Shown: one piece after another, positions 50,993 through 61,160 of the stretch
How the letters are laid out: every line of letters starts with the position of its first letter
Numbering within the stretch: the stretch's first letter is position 1
Assembly: GCA_963666275.2 (NCBI GenBank)
Contig: CAXXOA010000001.1
Coordinates: 1,408,001-1,472,000, forward strand
DNA: 64,000 nt
Direction: 5' to 3'
Source: Oceanispirochaeta sp.
GTDB lineage: Bacteria > Spirochaetota > Spirochaetia > DSM-2461
Program-made: the position numbers and the translations under genes
Notes under the pieces: generated by a model
The model's database searches: none
Told to the model about the DNA's origin: nothing
The model's input: the letters and a program-made list of their open reading frames with translations, nothing else

Positions 50993-51250
50993 ATGGACCA
51001 GTTTCATCCCCTATTCTATGTGCAGTTAAAGGACGATTTTGCAGAAAATTGTGAAGTCCGGGAGCAGACACCGCTCTTTCCGGGTATGGACGAAGATCCC
51101 TACCTGGAAGCCAGGGCTCACGTTTCTGTCGGAAAAGTCTATCCTGTGCTTAAAATTCAGGGGGAACGGGATCTTCTGATTCTTGATGACAGGGGATTTC
51201 TCTACACAACCCCCCGTGAACTCTTCAAGTTTGCCGATCCTCCGGAATAA
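50993..51250 (+). CDS. Small hypothetical protein
   Basis: 85-aa ORF filling the gap after the sigma gene; protein-like composition. Confidence 0.55.
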   Translation: MDQFHPLFYVQLKDDFAENCEVREQTPLFPGMDEDPYLEARAHVSVGKVYPVLKIQGERDLLILDDRGFLYTTPRELFKFADPPE

Positions 51251-52031
51251 TCTTTTTCAGAAGAGAAAAATAGATCGGACCCCAGTCCCCTCTGTCGGGT
51301 AGTATTATCTTACCGTACTCTGTGGGTTCTCCCTCCTGGCTCCCCGTATCCCTGACTTCAAACAGACCCTTCCTTTTTTTAAGCATTTTCGCAATAACGC
51401 CGTCATTCTCCAGAGGAGAGAGGGAGCAGGTGCTGTAGAGGAGCCATCCTCCCGGTTTAAGGACATCCAGTGCTGACACAGCCAGGCTGTACTGACGGAC
51501 CGCGAGATTTTTTGTGCGCCCCGGCGACCACTGGTTCAGAAGGGAAGGGGAATGGAGAAGGTGCCTTTCCGAAGAACAGGGCGCATCCAGAAGAACAGCA
51601 TCGTAGATGTCTTTTTCATAAAGACACCATTTCCCCGCATCAAAACCTGTGACTTTTACCGATTCCCGCCACTGGTCGGGAAGGTGATCCTGAAGGACTG
51701 TTTTCAGCCTTTTGCGCCTGCCCGGAGATAGTTCATTGCATGTGAGAGAACCAGTCCCTTCAAGACGGGATGCCAGTATCAGGGATTTTCCTCCCGGAGC
51801 GGCGCACATGTCCAGAACTTTCATGCCAGGTTCCAAAGGAAGAGTCATGGCAGCTGTCCAGGACGCCCTGTCCAGGTAATAGGTTGATTTTTCAGGAGAG
51901 AAGTTCAAGTCCATATGGCCGCCCTGAAGGAGGAGAGCCTCCCGCAGTGTGTCCCATCTCTCTCTGTAGATCTCCCTGTAGTAGTCATCAAAAAGTTTAT
52001 CCCCCGGGGATTTTGATTTTTTACGGGCCAT
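51225..52031 (-). CDS. RsmB/NOP-family RNA m5C methyltransferase (NSUN3/4-like)
   Basis: VLDMCAAPGGKS, DAPCS and YSTCS (both catalytic Cys); start after GAGGAGG. Confidence 0.88.
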   Translation of the reverse strand: MARKKSKSPGDKLFDDYYREIYRERWDTLREALLLQGGHMDLNFSPEKSTYYLDRASWTAAMTLPLEPGMKVLDMCAAPGGKSLILASRLEGTGSLTCNELSPGRRKRLKTVLQDHLPDQWRESVKVTGFDAGKWCLYEKDIYDAVLLDAPCSSERHLLHSPSLLNQWSPGRTKNLAVRQYSLAVSALDVLKPGGWLLYSTCSLSPLENDGVIAKMLKKRKGLFEVRDTGSQEGEPTEYGKIILPDRGDWGPIYFSLLKKIIPEDRQT

Positions 52032-53115
52032 TGAGGACCTCCTCGAAATGGAAATCAAATTTTTCTGCTATGGTTTGCCATGAATATTTCCGCATGGATT
52101 CGGAAAGAGATTTCCGTAAAGACGGGAGTGCCTCCGAATGGACCAGTGTGTCCCATTTTTTAAGAAAATCCTCCTGATCGGTAAAAATCAGAGACGAATG
52201 GAACTCTTCCGGTATGACTTCCGGATAGGCCAGTCTGTCGGGTACCAGGGGGATCACCCCGTAGCTGGCTGCTTCGACAATGGAAATCCCGAAATTTTCC
52301 TGAACAGCCGTGCTGATAACAAAATCAGCCTGAGAGAGCCACATTTCATAGTCATTTCTGTCCTTTGCATAACCCCGGTGGACAAGCTCCTTTTGAAACT
52401 CCTCCCCGGCATTTTCGAAACAGGCCGGTGTTTTGCCGTAGGCCTCACCCAGAAGGGCCAGGCGGAAGGCATCTCCCCTGGACTGCAGTACTTTGAGAAT
52501 CCGGAAAAATTCATCAGGATTTTTATCATGTTCCCATCTGTGATTCCAGAGGATCAGCGGTGCCTCTCCTGTGGATTCAAACCGGGCCGATTCCTCCCTG
52601 AATTCCCCTGTCAGGCATCCCGGCGGTATGACCGAAGTTTTATCAAGGAGAGGGGAATAGTCACTGGAGGGCCTGCAATCTGGCAGACGGCTGATAAGAG
52701 AGGTCAGGGCCTGAAAGAAACTGTCCCGGTTGAACCGTGAGTTATAGATGATATCATCAGCGCAGAGCTGATTGGTGTAGTCTGTCCAGCCATACTGGAA
52801 ATCCGCCTGTTCGCCCGGTTTTAAAGGGTAGGCCAGCTGGTTTTCATGGATATAGAGAATCAGAGGCAGCGACTTTCCGGGAGTCAGGGCTTTCCATTGA
52901 GCCAGATCCATCAGGTTGCCTGCCAGCACCAGGTCATAGGAATCAAGGTTTTCTGCCTGTTTGAGAAATTCAAGGGCTGCTCCCCGCATTCGCCACTTCC
53001 AGAATCTTCCCGGCAGGGTTAACAGATCTATGGTGTGGCGGGAATATTTCTTCAGTCCCAGTGCAAAATATTTGTGGGAGCCTCCGAAAAACGGCTCCAG
53101 AAAGAGGATCTTCAT
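52021..53115 (-). CDS. DUF3524 GT-B glycosyltransferase, GTDC1/QTMAN homologue
   Basis: EPFFGGSH, LPGRFWKWRMR, HENQLAYP, WNHRWEHDKNP, ENFGISIVEA. Confidence 0.85.
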   Translation of the reverse strand: MKILFLEPFFGGSHKYFALGLKKYSRHTIDLLTLPGRFWKWRMRGAALEFLKQAENLDSYDLVLAGNLMDLAQWKALTPGKSLPLILYIHENQLAYPLKPGEQADFQYGWTDYTNQLCADDIIYNSRFNRDSFFQALTSLISRLPDCRPSSDYSPLLDKTSVIPPGCLTGEFREESARFESTGEAPLILWNHRWEHDKNPDEFFRILKVLQSRGDAFRLALLGEAYGKTPACFENAGEEFQKELVHRGYAKDRNDYEMWLSQADFVISTAVQENFGISIVEAASYGVIPLVPDRLAYPEVIPEEFHSSLIFTDQEDFLKKWDTLVHSEALPSLRKSLSESMRKYSWQTIAEKFDFHFEEVLNGP

Positions 53116-53199
53116 TTCCTAAGTATCATATTCTGAAATGGAAAATTGTAAACCCCGGTATGAGTTGCGGTGAGCCTTTGTTTTCTGTAGAATATTCCT

Positions 53200-53865
53200 A
53201 TGAACCATCCTAAATATGATGCTGTTATCTTCGATCTGGACGGGACTCTCGTGGATACGGTCCGCGATATCGGAGAAGCTGTCAATTATGCTCTTGTGAA
53301 AACGGGAAAGGCTCCACAGGGGGTGGATTTCCACAGAGAGCGGGTCGGCTGGGGCTTCAGGGCATCCCTGGCAAAGTCTGTTCCCGGGGAATCGGAAGAT
53401 TATATTGATAAAGCTTTTGTTCTGGTAGAAGATTATTACAGGAACCACCCCTGTGTGTTCACCCGGGCTTACGAAGGCATACCGGAGGTTCTGGATACCT
53501 TCAGAAGAGCCGGTATTGATCTGTATGTCTATACCAATAAGCAGGAGAATATCGCCAGGCTTGTGGTGGAGCATGTTTTCGGGCAGGATCTGTTCCGCGG
53601 GGTCTACGGGACTGTTCCCGAACGTCCTCTGAAGCCGCACCGGGACGGCATCGACTGGGTTGTCGACCAGACCGGTGTGGACCGGTCCCGTATCCTCTAT
53701 GTGGGGGATTCGGAAGTGGATATGGAGACAGCCCGGGAGGGACAGCTGGATGCTCTGGCGGTTCTCTGGGGATTCAGAACCCGGGAACAGATGGAGGAGT
53801 ATCCGAAACTGGCTTTTATTTCAGAGCCGGGAGAGATGGTAGACTATACGCTTCAACAGGGATAA
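53200..53865 (+). CDS. HAD hydrolase (phosphoglycolate phosphatase-like)
   Basis: FDLDGTL, TNK, KP, VGDS..D. Confidence 0.88.
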   Translation: MNHPKYDAVIFDLDGTLVDTVRDIGEAVNYALVKTGKAPQGVDFHRERVGWGFRASLAKSVPGESEDYIDKAFVLVEDYYRNHPCVFTRAYEGIPEVLDTFRRAGIDLYVYTNKQENIARLVVEHVFGQDLFRGVYGTVPERPLKPHRDGIDWVVDQTGVDRSRILYVGDSEVDMETAREGQLDALAVLWGFRTREQMEEYPKLAFISEPGEMVDYTLQQG

Positions 53866-53912
53866 TAACTGTTGAACAAAATCATAACAGATGCAACTGA
53901 AAGGGAGATACA

Positions 53913-55664
53913 ATGGATAAGAAAGAACTGAAAGCCAAGGCGGAAGAGTATCTGCAGCTGGAGAAGAATGATCATTTCAGAAAAGAGGTGGAAGATCTTC
54001 TGGCAAAAGAGGACTGGGAAGATCTGAACGACAGGTTCTATACGGAACTTTCCTTCGGTACCGGAGGTCTCAGAGGGGTCATCGGCGGCGGTATGAACAG
54101 AATGAACCCCTATACAGTGGCAAAAGCCACTCAGGGGCTGGCTCAGTATGTGGTCAATAATGTTCCCCAGGAAGACCGGAAGGTGGTTATCTCCTATGAT
54201 TCCAGGCACTTTTCGGATCTTTTTGCAGAACAGGCTGCCCTTGTTTTTGCCGGAAACGGTATAAGAACCTGGCTGTTTACATCTTTGAGACCCACTCCCG
54301 AACTCTCCTATGCGGTCAGAAAACTGGGCTGTGCGGCAGGAGTGATGGTGACAGCCAGTCATAACCCGGCGGAATACAACGGCTATAAAGTATACTGGTC
54401 CGACGGGGGACAGATCACGTCTCCCCATGATACGGGCATCATTTCCGAAGTAAGAAAAGTCTCAGATACCATCAACATTGCCGAAAAAGAGGAAGCTCTG
54501 AAGAGCGGTATGCTTACCATGATCGATGAGGAAGTGGATGTTCCCTATCTGGACATGGTTATTGCCGAATCCCTTCGTCCCGAAATGGTAAAGGAAAAGG
54601 GAAAGGATCTGAAAGTTGTCTATACTCCTCTCCACGGCTGCGGCACTATCCCTGTAGAAACAGCTCTCAGCCGAATGGGCATCGAGGTTGTTACTGTAAA
54701 AGAGCAGAGAGAACCCGACGGAGCCTTCCCCACGGTGGATTTTCCCAATCCTGAAATAACTCCGGCCATGCAGATGGCTCTGGACTATGCGGTAAGGGAG
54801 AAAGCCGATCTTGTGATGGGGACCGATCCCGATGCGGACCGTCTGGGTATCGCTGTGCCCGACGGAGACGGATACACCCTTATAACAGGAAATCAGCTGG
54901 GATGCCTTCTGACGGACTATATTTTTCTCTCCCGGAAGGAACTGGGGAAGATGCCTCCCAAACCGGCCTTTGTGAACACCATTGTTACCACTGATCTTCA
55001 GATTAAAATTGCCGAATCCTACGGAGCCGCCACATTCAAGGTTCTGACGGGATTCAAGTATATCGGTGAAAAAATGCGGGAGTTCGAACAGGATGACTCG
55101 TATCAGTATATTTTCGGCGGTGAGGAGAGTTACGGTTTTCTTGTAGAACGGGATGTCAGGGATAAGGATGCCGTTTCGGCAGCCACTATGACCGCTGAAA
55201 TGGCTCTGTGGAATGTTTCCCAGGGAAGAACCGTTCTGGACCATCTGAAAGAGATCTATGAAAAGTTCGGATACTACGAAGAAACTCTGATCTCCCAGTA
55301 CTTCAAAGGCCAGTCGGGGCAGCAGATTATGGCTAAACTGATGGCCGATCTGAGGAGTGAACCTCCCAGAACCCTCGGGGGAATTGCCGTGACGGAAATG
55401 AAGGATTACAAAGACGGCACCACCCGGAATCTGCTTACGGGAGATATGGATACCGACATCGATCTGCCCAGTTCCAATGTGATCCAGTTTGTCCTGGAAG
55501 ACGGCAGTCTTGTGACAGCAAGGCCCTCAGGGACAGAGCCTAAAATCAAGTTCTATGCGTCGATCTGCGGCGAGAAGGGTCAGTCTCTGGAGGATGCGAA
55601 AAAATCTGTTGCAGGGAAGATAAAGGCCATTGAAAGCGATATCAACACTATGATTGAAGGCTAA
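53913..55664 (+). CDS. Phosphoglucomutase/phosphomannomutase
   Basis: FGTGGLRG, TASHNP, DPDADR, GEESYG, RPSGTEPKIK. Confidence 0.93.
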   Translation: MDKKELKAKAEEYLQLEKNDHFRKEVEDLLAKEDWEDLNDRFYTELSFGTGGLRGVIGGGMNRMNPYTVAKATQGLAQYVVNNVPQEDRKVVISYDSRHFSDLFAEQAALVFAGNGIRTWLFTSLRPTPELSYAVRKLGCAAGVMVTASHNPAEYNGYKVYWSDGGQITSPHDTGIISEVRKVSDTINIAEKEEALKSGMLTMIDEEVDVPYLDMVIAESLRPEMVKEKGKDLKVVYTPLHGCGTIPVETALSRMGIEVVTVKEQREPDGAFPTVDFPNPEITPAMQMALDYAVREKADLVMGTDPDADRLGIAVPDGDGYTLITGNQLGCLLTDYIFLSRKELGKMPPKPAFVNTIVTTDLQIKIAESYGAATFKVLTGFKYIGEKMREFEQDDSYQYIFGGEESYGFLVERDVRDKDAVSAATMTAEMALWNVSQGRTVLDHLKEIYEKFGYYEETLISQYFKGQSGQQIMAKLMADLRSEPPRTLGGIAVTEMKDYKDGTTRNLLTGDMDTDIDLPSSNVIQFVLEDGSLVTARPSGTEPKIKFYASICGEKGQSLEDAKKSVAGKIKAIESDINTMIEG

Positions 55665-55735
55665 GGTGCGGTTCTTTTTCTGAGAAGAGAAGACATCGCT
55701 CCTCTTTCGGGGACGGAGGGTTCTGCTTTCCGTCC

Positions 55736-56020
55736 CTAGTATCCCATCCTTTTCCGTCGTTCCGCTTCCATCTCTTTCAGAATATCCCGTACATGGCTCT
55801 CGTCCAGGGTATGTTCGTCCATCTGATCCTGCAGTTTCTGTAGATACCGCTCTTCCATGTTATAGAGTTCGTCACTCATTTCACCGGACCAGATATAACG
55901 GGTCAGTTCTTCGGGTTCTTCCACGTGGGACAGGGCTTTGTGGGTCATGATTTTTGACAGATACCATCTGACATCATCAATTTCGAGTGTATATTCTTCC
56001 AGCAGTTCTCTGATATTCAA
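55736..56020 (-). CDS. Small conserved hypothetical protein
   Basis: AAGGAG RBS, TTG start, helical protein-like 94 aa. Confidence 0.7.
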   Translation of the reverse strand: MNIRELLEEYTLEIDDVRWYLSKIMTHKALSHVEEPEELTRYIWSGEMSDELYNMEERYLQKLQDQMDEHTLDESHVRDILKEMEAERRKRMGY

Positions 56021-56107
56021 TTGAAACTCCTTGTCGGGGGTGTAGATTCTAGCAGAAATTGTCTCTTATCCCTATCCCCGCTGAGCAAAAAAATATATCC
56101 TTCGCTT

Positions 56108-56563
56108 ATGAACAGCAATAGTGAAAAAACAGTAATCTATACCGACGGAGGCTGTACGGGAAATCCCGGCCCCGGAGGATGGGCCTGCGTTCTTCTGAAA
56201 GACGGTGAAGAGCATCATTTTTCGGGTGGAGACGGGTCTACAACCAATAACAGGATGGAAATGACTGCTGTCATAACAGCCCTGAAACAGATCATTAGCA
56301 TGGGCTGGGAGAAGAAAGCCGATATCTATACGGATTCCCAGTATGTGAAAAACGGTCTCACCCAGTGGATCCACGGCTGGATCCGGAACGGCTGGAAAAC
56401 AGCGGCCAAAAAACCTGTAAAAAACAAAGAACTCTGGATAGAAATGAAAGAGCTCTGTGATCAGTTCGATCTGGAGTGGCACTGGGTTAAAGGCCATTCC
56501 GGGGACAAGTACAATGAACTCTGCGATCAGCTTGTGGAATCGGAAAGGATGAAATTCGCCTGA
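56108..56563 (+). CDS. rnhA: Ribonuclease HI
   Basis: IYTDGGC.GNPGPGGW, TTNNRME, TDSQY, WVKGH..NE.CD. Confidence 0.95.
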   Translation: MNSNSEKTVIYTDGGCTGNPGPGGWACVLLKDGEEHHFSGGDGSTTNNRMEMTAVITALKQIISMGWEKKADIYTDSQYVKNGLTQWIHGWIRNGWKTAAKKPVKNKELWIEMKELCDQFDLEWHWVKGHSGDKYNELCDQLVESERMKFA

Positions 56564-56680
56564 TAGATCTTTAAAACTTCTCCCGGGTGAGTCCGGGAGA
56601 AATCTTTCTCTCCAGCATGTCGTTCTTTTGTTTCTCATAGGGAAGAGTCAGAAAATGGAAGGGGGGGATGAATATATTCT

Positions 56681-57403
56681 TTACCTTTTCCGGAGGCTTA
56701 TGTAATTCAGCCAGCCTGATATCCCTTCTGCATCAAAAATCCTATGCATTTTCCGGAAGCCTCTGCCGTAGACCTTATGGGGATCCGCAAAGAAATTCTG
56801 AATGAGATAGGCCGCTTCGGGTTCTTTCCTCTGCTGAAGGATCAGATAAGACGCCAGGTTGCAGCTTCCTTCAGTCAGGCCGGGAGAAGCCTCTGTAATT
56901 CCTCTGCTGTAGAACCAGATGTGCATCAGTTCGTGGGCACATGTGGAAATACAGCTCACAAGGGGAAGATCCTTGAGGATAAATACCTGAAGTTCGAAAC
57001 TTTCGATAGTGTTCCCCTTCAGAACCCTTTTGAAAACGGCTGCACCCTGTTTTTCCCGTCCTGTCGAATCCAGTCTTTTCAGATCCTTTCGGTCGATCAG
57101 GGCAAATTCCGGTTTGAAAGGGTCAATGGTGATGCCCAGTCCTTCCAGTTTTCTGTAGGTATCCATGAGGATCTTTTTCCCCTCTGCCGGAAGGGATACT
57201 GCCTTTTTGAAACAGAGACCGCAGATCGCTCTGCCGTCTTTCAGGGCTTTGCCTCCTCCTGTGGTTGATTCGGTGATAAACCGTCCGCAGTAGGAACAGG
57301 AAACCGTCCTTTTAAAATGGGCGGCACAGAGGGTATTTCCCCAGAAGTCTCTGTAGTATCTGCCGCTGACAGGATGTTTGCCCTTTATGCATATGGGATT
57401 CAT
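56681..57403 (-). CDS. DA1-like zinc metallopeptidase with LIM-like Zn-binding domain
   Basis: FWG..C..H..C..C..DGR.IC..C; AHELMH; EG.C; VYG.GFR. Confidence 0.78.
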   Translation of the reverse strand: MNPICIKGKHPVSGRYYRDFWGNTLCAAHFKRTVSCSYCGRFITESTTGGGKALKDGRAICGLCFKKAVSLPAEGKKILMDTYRKLEGLGITIDPFKPEFALIDRKDLKRLDSTGREKQGAAVFKRVLKGNTIESFELQVFILKDLPLVSCISTCAHELMHIWFYSRGITEASPGLTEGSCNLASYLILQQRKEPEAAYLIQNFFADPHKVYGRGFRKMHRIFDAEGISGWLNYISLRKR

Positions 57404-57499
57404 TACCTAAGAGGATAATAGATGCGGGGATGGAAAAAAAATATTTTTTCCGGTATTTTATAAAGAGTATATCCAGTCTGGGGGAGGACAAGCTTTTAT

Positions 57500-58726
57500 A
57501 TGAAACTATACAGCCGAAATCAGGTCATCTTCTACGCCGCCGCCGCTGTCCTTGTGGTGCTTCTCTTTCTGATCGGTTTCGGAGTCCTTTCCTTTTCTGG
57601 AGGAGACTCCACCGGCTCCGGACAGGATATGGCTCTGATTCAGAGTGAGCTTCCGCTGGAGGATGTTCTGGTTACATCCGAGTCCGATCTGGGTGTCTAT
57701 GTGAATAACGGCAGTGACTATTCCCCGGATGAACTGAACAACATCCGTGTGTATGAAGCCCTGAACGAAGCGGTTGTGAATATTACCACCGAAGTGGTGG
57801 GGTACAACTGGTTTCTGGAACCTGTCCCCAAAGAGGGGTCTTCCGGATCAGGATCCATCATTGACAAGAGAGGGTTTGTCCTGACCAACAATCATGTGGT
57901 CGACAAGGCCTATAAGGTATACGTGACTCTGGCCGACGGCTCCCAGTACGAGGGAGAGGTGATCGGAACGGATTACGAAAACGATCTTTCCGTCCTGAAG
58001 TTTGATCCCGAGGGAAAGAATCTTGTAACCATTCCCTTCGGTTCATCGGACAATCTCAAGGTGGGGCAGAAGGTGATTGCCATTGGTAACCCCTTTGCCT
58101 TCGAACGGACTCTGACCACCGGGATTGTATCGGGTCTGGGAAGGCCCCTGAAGAATGATGCCGGACTGGTTATCCGGGATATGATCCAGACCGATGCTTC
58201 CATCAATCCGGGCAACTCGGGAGGGCCTCTGATCAATACCAGAGGTGAAATGATCGGAATCAATACAATGATTTATTCTCCTTCGGGCGGATCTGTGGGG
58301 GTTGGATTTGCCATCCCGGTGGATACGGCCAGAAGGGTTGTTCCCGACCTGATGGAGTTCGGTATGGTCCAGCGGGGCTGGATAGATATGGTTCCCGTTC
58401 AGCTCTTTCCCTCCCTGGTGAGGTATGCGGATCTTCCCGTTTCCCAGGGAATCCTTGTTTCCCGTGTGATTTCCGGGGGCAATGCCGAGGAGGCAGGGCT
58501 TCTGGGAGGTTCTTCCCGGGAGGCTGTGAGAACCGGTTCCTCCGTCATATACCTGGGGGGAGATATCATTGTCGGAATTAACGGGAAAGCAGTGGCCACC
58601 CTGTCGGATTATTACGGCGCTCTGGAAAGTACAAGGCCCGGGGACACTGTGACAGTTCAGGTCGTTAGAGGCAAGAAACCTCTGGAATTCAGCCTGGTCC
58701 TCTCCGAAAGACCTTCCAACAACTGA
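57500..58726 (+). CDS. HtrA/DegP-like S1C serine protease with PDZ domain
   Basis: TM helix; TNNHVV, DLSVLK, QTDASINPGNSGGP. Confidence 0.92.
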   Translation: MKLYSRNQVIFYAAAAVLVVLLFLIGFGVLSFSGGDSTGSGQDMALIQSELPLEDVLVTSESDLGVYVNNGSDYSPDELNNIRVYEALNEAVVNITTEVVGYNWFLEPVPKEGSSGSGSIIDKRGFVLTNNHVVDKAYKVYVTLADGSQYEGEVIGTDYENDLSVLKFDPEGKNLVTIPFGSSDNLKVGQKVIAIGNPFAFERTLTTGIVSGLGRPLKNDAGLVIRDMIQTDASINPGNSGGPLINTRGEMIGINTMIYSPSGGSVGVGFAIPVDTARRVVPDLMEFGMVQRGWIDMVPVQLFPSLVRYADLPVSQGILVSRVISGGNAEEAGLLGGSSREAVRTGSSVIYLGGDIIVGINGKAVATLSDYYGALESTRPGDTVTVQVVRGKKPLEFSLVLSERPSNN

Positions 58727-58738
58727 TTAAGGATAAAA

Positions 58739-60727
58739 ATGGATAAATTTGAAGTGGTCGCTCCCTACCAGCCGGCGGGAGATCAGATAGAGGCGATCAA
58801 GTCGATTTCTGAAGCTTTGAACAGCAATGAACAGGCTGTGACACTCAAGGGGGTCACAGGATCGGGTAAGACCTACACGATGGCCAAGATCATCGAGCAG
58901 GTCCAGAAACCCACCCTGATAATTTCTCATAACAAAACTCTTGCCGCTCAGCTCTACAGGGAGTTTACGGACTTTTTTCCTCATAATGCGGTGGAGTATT
59001 TTGTCTCCTATTATGACTATTATCAGCCCGAAGCCTATGTCCCGTCCAGGGATCTTTATATAGAGAAAGACTCTTCCATCAACGATGAAATAGACAGGAT
59101 GCGTCTGTCGGCCACCATGAGCCTGATGGAACGGCCCGATGTTCTTATTGTTTCCACCGTGTCCTGCATCTACGGACTGGGAAATCCCTCTTCCTACAAG
59201 GATATGCGGATCCAGCTCCTGGGCGGCAGGGAGTATAAGCGGGAAGAGATCATCCGGAACCTCATATCTCTCCAGTACGAAAGGAACGATATGGTACTGG
59301 AACGAGGGAAGTTCAGGGTCCGGGGGGATGTTTTCGAGATCTATCCCGCCTATCTGAAGGAAGCCTATAGAATCAGTTTCGACTGGGATGAAATAGAAAA
59401 AATATCCCGGTTCAATCCGGTTTCAGGAGAGGTTCTTCAGGAGCTTCCCATGTGTACGATCTATCCGGCCAAACACTTTGTTATGCCCGAGGACAGGATC
59501 CAGCAGACTCTGGGGAATATCCGGGATGAGATGGTCCGTCAGGTGGAGTTTTTTGAAAGCCGCGGACAGATTGTGGAAGCTCAGCGGCTTAAAACAAGGA
59601 CAGAGTACGATCTGGAGATGATGGAGGAGATGGGCTACTGCCCGGGTATTGAAAACTACTCCCGCCATCTGGCAGGCAGAGAAGCCGGGGAGAGACCGGA
59701 AGTGCTTCTGGATTACTTTCCCAAAGATTTTCTTACCTTTGTGGATGAGTCCCATGTCACCCTTTCCCAGATCCGCGCCATGTACGAGGGAGACCGGTCC
59801 CGGAAAACCAACCTTGTGAATTTCGGATTCCGCCTGCCTTCGGCTCTGGATAACAGGCCCCTCGTGTACAGCGAATTTGAAAAGATCAAACAGCAGGTCC
59901 TCTATGTCTCCGCCACTCCGGGCAAGGAGGAGATTGAAAAATCCTCCCGGGTGGTGGAACAGATTATCCGGCCGACGGGTCTGCTGGATCCCAATGTGGA
60001 AATCCGCCCCACCGAAGGGCAGATGGAGGATCTCTACGGGGAGATCCGGAAAAGGATAGAACAGGATGAGCGGGTTCTGATTACTACGCTGACCAAGAAA
60101 ATGGCCGAAGATCTGACAGACTATCTGGGGGAGCTGGATCTGAAGGTCCGGTACCTCCATTCTGAGATTGAAACCATTGAGCGAGTTGAGATCATCAGGG
60201 ATCTGAGGCTGGGTGAATTTGATGTCCTCGTGGGGATCAACCTTCTCCGTGAGGGACTGGATATTCCCGAAGTGTCTCTGATTGCGATTATGGATGCCGA
60301 TAAAATCGGCTTCCTCCGGTCTGAAACCTCACTGATCCAGACCATAGGTCGGGCCGCCAGGAACTCCAACGGCCAGGTCATTATGTATGCCGACCGGGAG
60401 TCTGCCGCCATGACCGCGGCCATAAGAGAAACCCGGAGGAGACGGGCCATACAACAGGCCTATAATGATGAGCATGGGATCACACCGGAAACTGTCAAAA
60501 AAGCCGTGCATGACCTTCTTATCCGGAAGGTGGAAAAGAAGAAGAATGCCGAAAAAATGACCATTGATGTGATGAAAAAGAATGTAAACCTTCTGGATCC
60601 CAAGCAGAAGAATAAACTCATCAAAGCACTGGAAAAAGAGATGCTTGAAAAAGCGAAAAATATGGAGTTCGAAGAAGCTGCAGTTCTCAGGGATGAGATA
60701 CAGGAGCTGAAAGGAGAGAAAAAGTGA
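58739..60727 (+). CDS. uvrB: Excinuclease ABC subunit B
   Basis: [34 protein letters not shown] domain. Confidence 0.97.
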   Translation: MDKFEVVAPYQPAGDQIEAIKSISEALNSNEQAVTLKGVTGSGKTYTMAKIIEQVQKPTLIISHNKTLAAQLYREFTDFFPHNAVEYFVSYYDYYQPEAYVPSRDLYIEKDSSINDEIDRMRLSATMSLMERPDVLIVSTVSCIYGLGNPSSYKDMRIQLLGGREYKREEIIRNLISLQYERNDMVLERGKFRVRGDVFEIYPAYLKEAYRISFDWDEIEKISRFNPVSGEVLQELPMCTIYPAKHFVMPEDRIQQTLGNIRDEMVRQVEFFESRGQIVEAQRLKTRTEYDLEMMEEMGYCPGIENYSRHLAGREAGERPEVLLDYFPKDFLTFVDESHVTLSQIRAMYEGDRSRKTNLVNFGFRLPSALDNRPLVYSEFEKIKQQVLYVSATPGKEEIEKSSRVVEQIIRPTGLLDPNVEIRPTEGQMEDLYGEIRKRIEQDERVLITTLTKKMAEDLTDYLGELDLKVRYLHSEIETIERVEIIRDLRLGEFDVLVGINLLREGLDIPEVSLIAIMDADKIGFLRSETSLIQTIGRAARNSNGQVIMYADRESAAMTAAIRETRRRRAIQQAYNDEHGITPETVKKAVHDLLIRKVEKKKNAEKMTIDVMKKNVNLLDPKQKNKLIKALEKEMLEKAKNMEFEEAAVLRDEIQELKGEKK

Positions 60728-61110
60728 GCCGGAAACTGAAAGGTCTACTCCTTGTTCTGACATTACTGGGTTTTCTCTCCTGTCAGAAAGAAGAGACACC
60801 CTGGGAGATCGAACTTCCTCCCACGCCCATACTGACGGGTACCACGGGATGGGGAGTGGTGAACACCTCCTATCTGAAGATAAATCTGAATCCCGACGAT
60901 GATAATTATGTGGTAACCACATTGAGAGAGGGAGATCTCGTGAAAATTGAATCGGTCCACTATCTCAAGGATGACGGAGGAAAGGCCCTGGGTGTCTGGT
61001 ATCACATCAGCTGGGAGGATCTGGACGGCTGGGTTGAAGAGAGTTCTCTCAATACTTATGAAACCAGAGGTAAAGCTGAAACAGGTGCTGAACTCCTTCT
61101 GAATCGATAG
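60724..61110 (+). CDS. SH3b-like lipoprotein
   Basis: FLSC lipobox; WYHI....GWV. Confidence 0.7.
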   Translation: MSRKLKGLLLVLTLLGFLSCQKEETPWEIELPPTPILTGTTGWGVVNTSYLKINLNPDDDNYVVTTLREGDLVKIESVHYLKDDGGKALGVWYHISWEDLDGWVEESSLNTYETRGKAETGAELLLNR

Positions 61111-61160
61111 GCCTGGCTTTCCTCTTTCTTCAGATTCCCAGTTGTGTTAAAGTAGGTTTC

